DNA of 64,000 nucleotides from an uncultured Acidimicrobiaceae bacterium (GTDB lineage Bacteria; Actinomycetota; Acidimicrobiia; Acidimicrobiales; Palsa-688): positions 425,332 through 489,331 of the forward strand of contig CAVSOT010000007.1 in assembly GCA_963729695.1 (NCBI GenBank), read 5' to 3'. Each line of letters begins with the position of its first letter. Position 1 is the first letter of the stretch. A program made the translations under genes and the position numbers. This document shows, in pieces, positions 59,259-64,000 of this stretch. The notes beneath the pieces were generated by a model that was not told the origin of the DNA, searched no databases, and saw only the letters and a list, made by a program, of their open reading frames with translations.

Positions 59259-60662
59259 CTATGACCCACGCCGACCGGGGCCATGACCGTTGACGTCGGG
59301 TGCAGAGGTCTGCTCGGTGGCGGTTGGGTTTTCATCGAAGATGTAGGTGTCCAACCCGCGGTGCATCGTGGAGACCCGGGATTCCTGGCGTCGGGACAGA
59401 TGAATGTTCTTGGAGCCCCCGGCCCGCAGGCCGCGCTGGATTTCCGGCAGGTTGGTGAAATCCTGGTTGAGAATGTGACCCCACGTCGCCTCGCGCTCGT
59501 CGTGGTCGTCGCTCCAGGGCACCACCTGGTGGCCTCGACTTCGGTGACCCGGCTCGGGAAAGCGCAGGCTGATTTCGTCGAACCAGCACTCGTTTGGGTC
59601 GTCCCCGACCGGCCTCGCCCGGAAGCCGTAGTACTCACCGGGAAAGATGTTGAACGTGATATTCGGGAAAAGATAAAAGTTCCAGTTCTCGCCGTACTGG
59701 GCGTTTGAGAGCGCCTGATTGTCGTACCCTCGCTGCTTCAGCCGGGCCCGATTCATTTGGGCAAAGAGATCCTGCAAGGTGACATCATTCGGCAAGGCGA
59801 TCTCGCCGGCCCGCAGCAGCTTGAGGTACGCCAGCTGATCGGGCGTCACCTTTTGGATAGACAGCATCGTCTTCACCATCTCAGGCATCAACCGGTCGAC
59901 ATCGTGCTCGTCGAGGCGCGGGCTGGGGACACCGGACGGCGTGATCATCCGCCCGTGAGGAGGGAACGTGTCGTACCTGGTGTTGACGTCGTCGCTCGCC
60001 GAGATGGCATCTGGGTGGGTGCCGAACAAGTGGTAGGTCTCGTTGAAGGCGTCGATGGCCGTCTTCCAATTGGCCGGCAGTCGCACCGTGCGCCAGTTCA
60101 TGATCCGCATGTCGGCGATCCGGTAGGGCTCGACTTGGTCGACGAGAGGCTGGAGGAAAGTGAGGAGGGGGGCAGCGTCAGGGTCGAGGTTGACAAATAC
60201 GAAGCCGGCCCATGTCTCGACCCGGCACTCGTGCAGGCTGAGCTTGGCGGGATCGAGGCCGGGGAAGTCATCGAGGTCGATGACCTCGACGTTGGTGCCG
60301 TCAAGGGCCCACCGCCATCCGTGGAAAGGACAGCGAAGCTCCTCGGCCTTCCCGCAGCCGGTGCGCAGGCGCGTGCCCCGGTGGAGGCATGAGTTGAAGA
60401 AGCCTTTCAGCGTCCTCCGGCCCGAGCGGACCAGCAGGATCGACACGTCCCCGAGCTCGTATTCCAGATAGTCCCCGACGTTGGGGATGTCCTCCTCCCG
60501 GCAGGCCATCTGCCACACCCGCGGCCAGAGGTGCTCGTACTCCAGATCAGCCCACTGCACCGACGTATAGCGGTCTTTTGGAACCGTGACATGCGAGCCG
60601 TCTGCGGCCGCGACAGGAGCGAGACCCGGACCGCTGGGTCGGTTGGTGGACACCAAAGTCAC
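59259..60662 (-). CDS. Rieske (2Fe-2S) aromatic-ring-hydroxylating oxygenase, alpha subunit
   Basis: CLHRGTRLRTGCGKAEELRCPFHGW. Paralog of 23364..24647. Confidence 0.9.
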   Translation of the reverse strand: MTLVSTNRPSGPGLAPVAAADGSHVTVPKDRYTSVQWADLEYEHLWPRVWQMACREEDIPNVGDYLEYELGDVSILLVRSGRRTLKGFFNSCLHRGTRLRTGCGKAEELRCPFHGWRWALDGTNVEVIDLDDFPGLDPAKLSLHECRVETWAGFVFVNLDPDAAPLLTFLQPLVDQVEPYRIADMRIMNWRTVRLPANWKTAIDAFNETYHLFGTHPDAISASDDVNTRYDTFPPHGRMITPSGVPSPRLDEHDVDRLMPEMVKTMLSIQKVTPDQLAYLKLLRAGEIALPNDVTLQDLFAQMNRARLKQRGYDNQALSNAQYGENWNFYLFPNITFNIFPGEYYGFRARPVGDDPNECWFDEISLRFPEPGHRSRGHQVVPWSDDHDEREATWGHILNQDFTNLPEIQRGLRAGGSKNIHLSRRQESRVSTMHRGLDTYIFDENPTATEQTSAPDVNGHGPGRRGS

Positions 60663-60829
60663 GGAATTACTCTACTGACGGCCCGGCGGTACCGTCCAGA
60701 CCAGGGCCTGACTAGCCTGTTCAGTCCCGCTGCACGTGCACCTTGCGAGACATGTCGTTCCGCTTCCGTTTGCGTCGGCGCGAGCAATAAATTGACGTAC
60801 CGCCCGACCACCACGTCAGGAGAACGCTC

Positions 60830-62230
60830 ATGGCTATCGCCACCATCAACCCCGCGACGGGGGAAACGGTCAAGACGTTCGAGGAGCTGAGCGACGACGA
60901 GATCGACCGCTGCCTCACCAGAGCCGTAGAGACGTTCGCGACCTACCGGTTGACGAGCTTCGCCGAACGGGGTGTGTGGATGCGCCGGGCAGGTGACATC
61001 CTCGATGACGAGCTCGAGCCGGTCGCCCGGTTGATGACGACCGAGATGGGCAAGACCGTGGCCGCGGCCAAGCAAGAGGTTCAGAAGTGTGCCAAGGCCT
61101 GCCGGTACTACGCCGACCACGCCGAGGGTTTCCTCGCCGGTGAGGCCGTGGACCCGGATTCGGTGGGCGCCATCCAGGCCTTCACTCGATACCAGCCGCT
61201 CGGTCCGGTGTTGGCGGTGATGCCCTGGAACTTCCCCCTCTGGCAGGCCATGCGTTTCGTCGTCCCGGCGCTGATGGCGGGCAACGTCGGGTTGCTGAAG
61301 CACGCTTCCAACGTCCCGCAGACCGCTCTTTATATCCAGGATCTGGTGGAGCGGGCCGGCTTCCCCCGAGGCGCCTTCCAGACGCTACTCATCGGGTCTG
61401 GCAAGGTGGAAGCCGTCCTCCGCGACAAGCGGGTCGTGGCCGCCACGCTGACGGGCTCCGGGCCGGCTGGAAGTTCAGTGGCATCGACTGCCGGAGCCGC
61501 GCTCAAGCCAACTGTGCTCGAGCTCGGCGGGAGCGACCCGTTCATCGTGATGCCTTCCGCTGATCTCCAACGAGCCGCCAACATCGGGGTGGGGGCGCGC
61601 CTTCTCAACAATGGCCAGTCGTGCATCAACGCCAAGCGCTTTATCGTCCATCGAGACGTGTACGACGAATTCGAACGGCGCTTCGTCGAGGTGACAGCGG
61701 CCAAGGTCGTCGGCGACCCGATGGACGGGAAGACCGACGTCGGTCCGTTGGCGTCCGCCCAGCAAGTCAAGGACGTGGCCGAACTGGTGGAGGACGCGGT
61801 CGCTAAGGGCGTAAAGGTGCTCTGTGGCGGCCAGGCCATCGACGGTCCGGGCTTCTACTACCAACCCACCGTGCTGGCGGGCGTCACGCCAGAGATGCGG
61901 GTCCACCTGGAGGAGGTATTCGGACCGGTGGCGACCCTCTATCGCGTCGACAGCATCGACGAAGCGATCGAGCTGGCGAACGTGACCGAGTTCGGATTGG
62001 GCTCCAACGTGTGGACCGATGACGAAGGGGAGCGAGCTCGATTCCTCCGGGATCTGGCCGCGGGAATGGTCTTCATCAACGGGAGCACTACCAGCTATCC
62101 CGAGCTCCCGTTTGGCGGCATCAGGGCGTCGGGCTACGGGAGGGAGCTGTCGGCCCACGGGATCAGGGAGTTCTGCAATCTGCAGACGGTGTGGATAGGG
62201 GAGGCATCGGTTCCCTCGATCTCTGAATAG
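60830..62230 (+). CDS. NAD(P)-dependent aldehyde dehydrogenase, succinate-semialdehyde-dehydrogenase-like
   Basis: MAIATINPATGE..., VLELGGSDP, catalytic Cys in NNGQSCINAKR, and ELPFGG. RBS AGGAGAA. Confidence 0.9.
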   Translation: MAIATINPATGETVKTFEELSDDEIDRCLTRAVETFATYRLTSFAERGVWMRRAGDILDDELEPVARLMTTEMGKTVAAAKQEVQKCAKACRYYADHAEGFLAGEAVDPDSVGAIQAFTRYQPLGPVLAVMPWNFPLWQAMRFVVPALMAGNVGLLKHASNVPQTALYIQDLVERAGFPRGAFQTLLIGSGKVEAVLRDKRVVAATLTGSGPAGSSVASTAGAALKPTVLELGGSDPFIVMPSADLQRAANIGVGARLLNNGQSCINAKRFIVHRDVYDEFERRFVEVTAAKVVGDPMDGKTDVGPLASAQQVKDVAELVEDAVAKGVKVLCGGQAIDGPGFYYQPTVLAGVTPEMRVHLEEVFGPVATLYRVDSIDEAIELANVTEFGLGSNVWTDDEGERARFLRDLAAGMVFINGSTTSYPELPFGGIRASGYGRELSAHGIREFCNLQTVWIGEASVPSISE

Positions 62231-62315
62231 TCCGGGCCGAAGGCGGGGGTCGCGTTCCCGGTTGCCGCCCGATTCCCTCGCGCATAGAGTGAGCGTTCAG
62301 TGACAAGTGACGCGA

Positions 62316-62333
62316 GGGAGGAGAGGTCCTCCC
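62316..62333. terminator. GC-rich hairpin between convergent genes (possible tail-less terminator)
   Basis: GGGAGGA-GAGG-TCCTCCC. No U-tract follows it. Confidence 0.3.
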
Positions 62334-62426
62334 GCTCAGAGGCCCGAAGGGTCGGAGCCATCGACCCGTCGTAGGCCTCCGGGGTGATGGTCGGCGTGGG
62401 CCACTCCGGCCTTCCGACGGGGTCGA

Positions 62427-63317
62427 TCACCAGGGAACGAGGCCGGGCACGTCCACCTCGGTGGCCTCGATCCACCCATCGGAGAAGACCGACGGATCGC
62501 CCTTGGGCGGGGGCGGGGTGGTGCAGATGAACAGGGTCTTCAGATCCGGGCCTCCGAGCGCACAGGCCAGCGCCCACTTGCGGTCGGGGAGGGCGACGCG
62601 ATCGACCAGTTCGCCACCGAGAAACCGCCGCGCCTCATGACCGAAGGCGGTGCCGACCCACACGGCTCCAACCGAGTCGAAGCAGAGGCCGTCCCAGCAT
62701 CCGCGTCCCAGCGTGGCGACCACCGTCCTATCGTGGAGAGAACCGTCGCCGGCGATGGAGAAGCCGAGCAGGCGAGCCCCCGCGGGCTGGCCGCCGGTGC
62801 CCATGGATTCTCCGACGACGAGCTGCGTTCCGTCTCCGGAGATGGCGATGCCGTTGGGGGCCAGGATGTGCTCTGCCGCGATGTGGGGCGTGCCGTCGGG
62901 CTCTACGACGATGATCCTCCCGACGGGGGCCCATCCTTCGGTGAATGGATCAAGCCCGGCATCGCCGATGTAGGCCCGTCCCGCGCCGTCCACGGCCATG
63001 TCGTTGAGGCGGTGAGTCGTGGCCGACAGATCCAGGCTCTCGACCACGGTTCCGTCCCGGACCGTGTGCAACCACGCTTTCTTGTCGACAGCCGTCTGGT
63101 GTACCTCGTTGCCGGTGGCGACGAGAAGGTCGCCGTCGGGCCGGAATCCCAGCGACGTCGGGTGGTCGAAGCGGGCGACAGTCTCCACCGCGCCATCCGC
63201 GAGCCGGTTGATCCGGCCTTGCAGCATGTCGACGAACCACAACGCGCCGTCGTGCCATCGTGGGCTCTCAGGCAGCAGGAAGCCACCAGCGAGTGTCGTC
63301 AGCGGTCTGTCCGCCAT
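62427..63317 (-). CDS. SMP-30/gluconolactonase/LRE family protein
   Basis: PESPRWHDGALWFVDMLQGRI and repeated beta-propeller blade patterns (NDMAVDGAGRAYIGD, PNGIAISGDG). Confidence 0.8.
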   Translation of the reverse strand: MADRPLTTLAGGFLLPESPRWHDGALWFVDMLQGRINRLADGAVETVARFDHPTSLGFRPDGDLLVATGNEVHQTAVDKKAWLHTVRDGTVVESLDLSATTHRLNDMAVDGAGRAYIGDAGLDPFTEGWAPVGRIIVVEPDGTPHIAAEHILAPNGIAISGDGTQLVVGESMGTGGQPAGARLLGFSIAGDGSLHDRTVVATLGRGCWDGLCFDSVGAVWVGTAFGHEARRFLGGELVDRVALPDRKWALACALGGPDLKTLFICTTPPPPKGDPSVFSDGWIEATEVDVPGLVPW

Positions 63318-63387
63318 GGGACCTCCTTGCCTACCTCGGTGTGACCTACTCGGGGTTAATGGTGACGGTCACCGCTGGTCCAGGCCG

Positions 63388-64000
63388 CTAAAGACCTTGA
63401 CCGGCCGCCCCGAAGACCTCCGCAGCTGTGGGCTGATGCGCCAGGTAGCCACCGTCCACGCTCAGAACCTGGCCGGTTATGAACGCAGACTCTTCGCTGG
63501 CCAGGAAGACGACGGTCTCGGCGATATGTTCAGGCTTGCCGAGGTAGGGCGTCAGGACATGCCGCTCGAGGCGTTCCATGTGCTCCGGAGTGACGTCGCC
63601 CCACGCCGGTGTATGTACAGGGCCCGGTGCGATGGCGTTGCAACGTACCCCGCGCTTGCCGTAGGTCGCGGCTACGTGGAAGGTGAGGGCGTTCACCCCC
63701 GCTTTCGACGACCCGTAGGCGTGGCTCACCGGGTAGCCCGTGAGGCCCGATGTCGACGAGATGTTGATGATGGACCCGCCGCCTCCCTCGATCATCACCG
63801 GCACGGTGAACTTGCAAGTGAGGTACGGACCCCGCAGGTTCACGGCGAAGATCCTCTCCCATGCCTCGGGTTCGATGTTGACCACGTCTTTGTCGATCGC
63901 ATGTGCGGCCGGACCGAGGAGGGACGCGTTGTTGTCGAGGATGTCGATCTGCCCGAACGTGCCCACGGCGACGTCGACCATCCGCCGCACCTCGTCGATC
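63388..64000 (-). CDS. SDR family oxidoreductase, C-terminal part (5' end outside window)
   Basis: NNAS, catalytic YGSSKAG (YxxxK) and IAPGPV. The frame is open to the window edge. Confidence 0.8.
   Translation of the reverse strand, partial: IDEVRRMVDVAVGTFGQIDILDNNASLLGPAAHAIDKDVVNIEPEAWERIFAVNLRGPYLTCKFTVPVMIEGGGGSIINISSTSGLTGYPVSHAYGSSKAGVNALTFHVAATYGKRGVRCNAIAPGPVHTPAWGDVTPEHMERLERHVLTPYLGKPEHIAETVVFLASEESAFITGQVLSVDGGYLAHQPTAAEVFGAAGQGL

Noticed and set aside
60793-60818. Inverted repeat TGACGT-N14-ACGTCA just upstream of the aldehyde dehydrogenase RBS, as a possible operator.
   Set aside because: The half-sites are only 6 bp, there is a single occurrence, and no cognate regulator is in the window. 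Chance occurrence cannot be excluded without genome-wide motif counts.

Overview
High-GC, Actinomycetota-like chromosomal segment with about 55 tightly packed protein genes on both strands and many ATGA/GTGA start-stop overlaps. It has one tRNA. I saw no rRNA, CRISPR, transposase/integrase, obvious transcription regulator or membrane transporter. Most of the window is a paralog-rich oxidative / CoA-thioester catabolic island: 3 cytochrome P450s, 2 Rieske oxygenase alpha subunits, 4 luciferase-like (LLM) oxidoreductases and 3 family-III CoA-transferase genes (two are tandem-domain fusions). It also carries 3 AMP-forming acyl-CoA ligases, 2 amidohydrolase-2 proteins, 2 D-aminoacylase-like amidohydrolases, thiolase-fold/DUF35 proteins, an enoyl-CoA hydratase and an acyl-CoA dehydrogenase. 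The rest are a KstD-like flavoprotein, an AMACR-like racemase, SDRs, VOC and MBL-fold proteins and an aldehyde dehydrogenase. The stand-out is a complete selenocysteine-decoding locus at 33866..38183 (selD, selA and tRNA-Sec on the minus strand, selB divergent). It sits directly beside one of two copies of a module that the ORF track breaks up. Each module has a small gene with an in-frame TGA in a conserved U-G-S-C context, followed 11-12 nt later by a SECIS-like hairpin. That gene is preceded by a gene carrying an uncharacterised ~300-aa domain ('domain X'). Domain X is fused to a thioredoxin fold (CPTC) in module A (2001..3923) and to a thioredoxin-reductase-like flavoprotein (CAVC) in module B (29299..33189). 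I read this as a candidate, functionally undescribed, selenoprotein-centred thiol/selenol redox system. Module B and the 5' end of the module A selenoprotein gene show single-nucleotide (+1) frame discontinuities, which could be gene decay or assembly indels. Other oddities are two intergenic ~19-bp tandem repeat arrays, a perfect 35-nt AT-rich palindrome between convergent genes, in-frame micro-repeats, and several genes whose conserved N-termini extend upstream of any canonical start codon. All family assignments are by-eye motif recognition; no database search was run.
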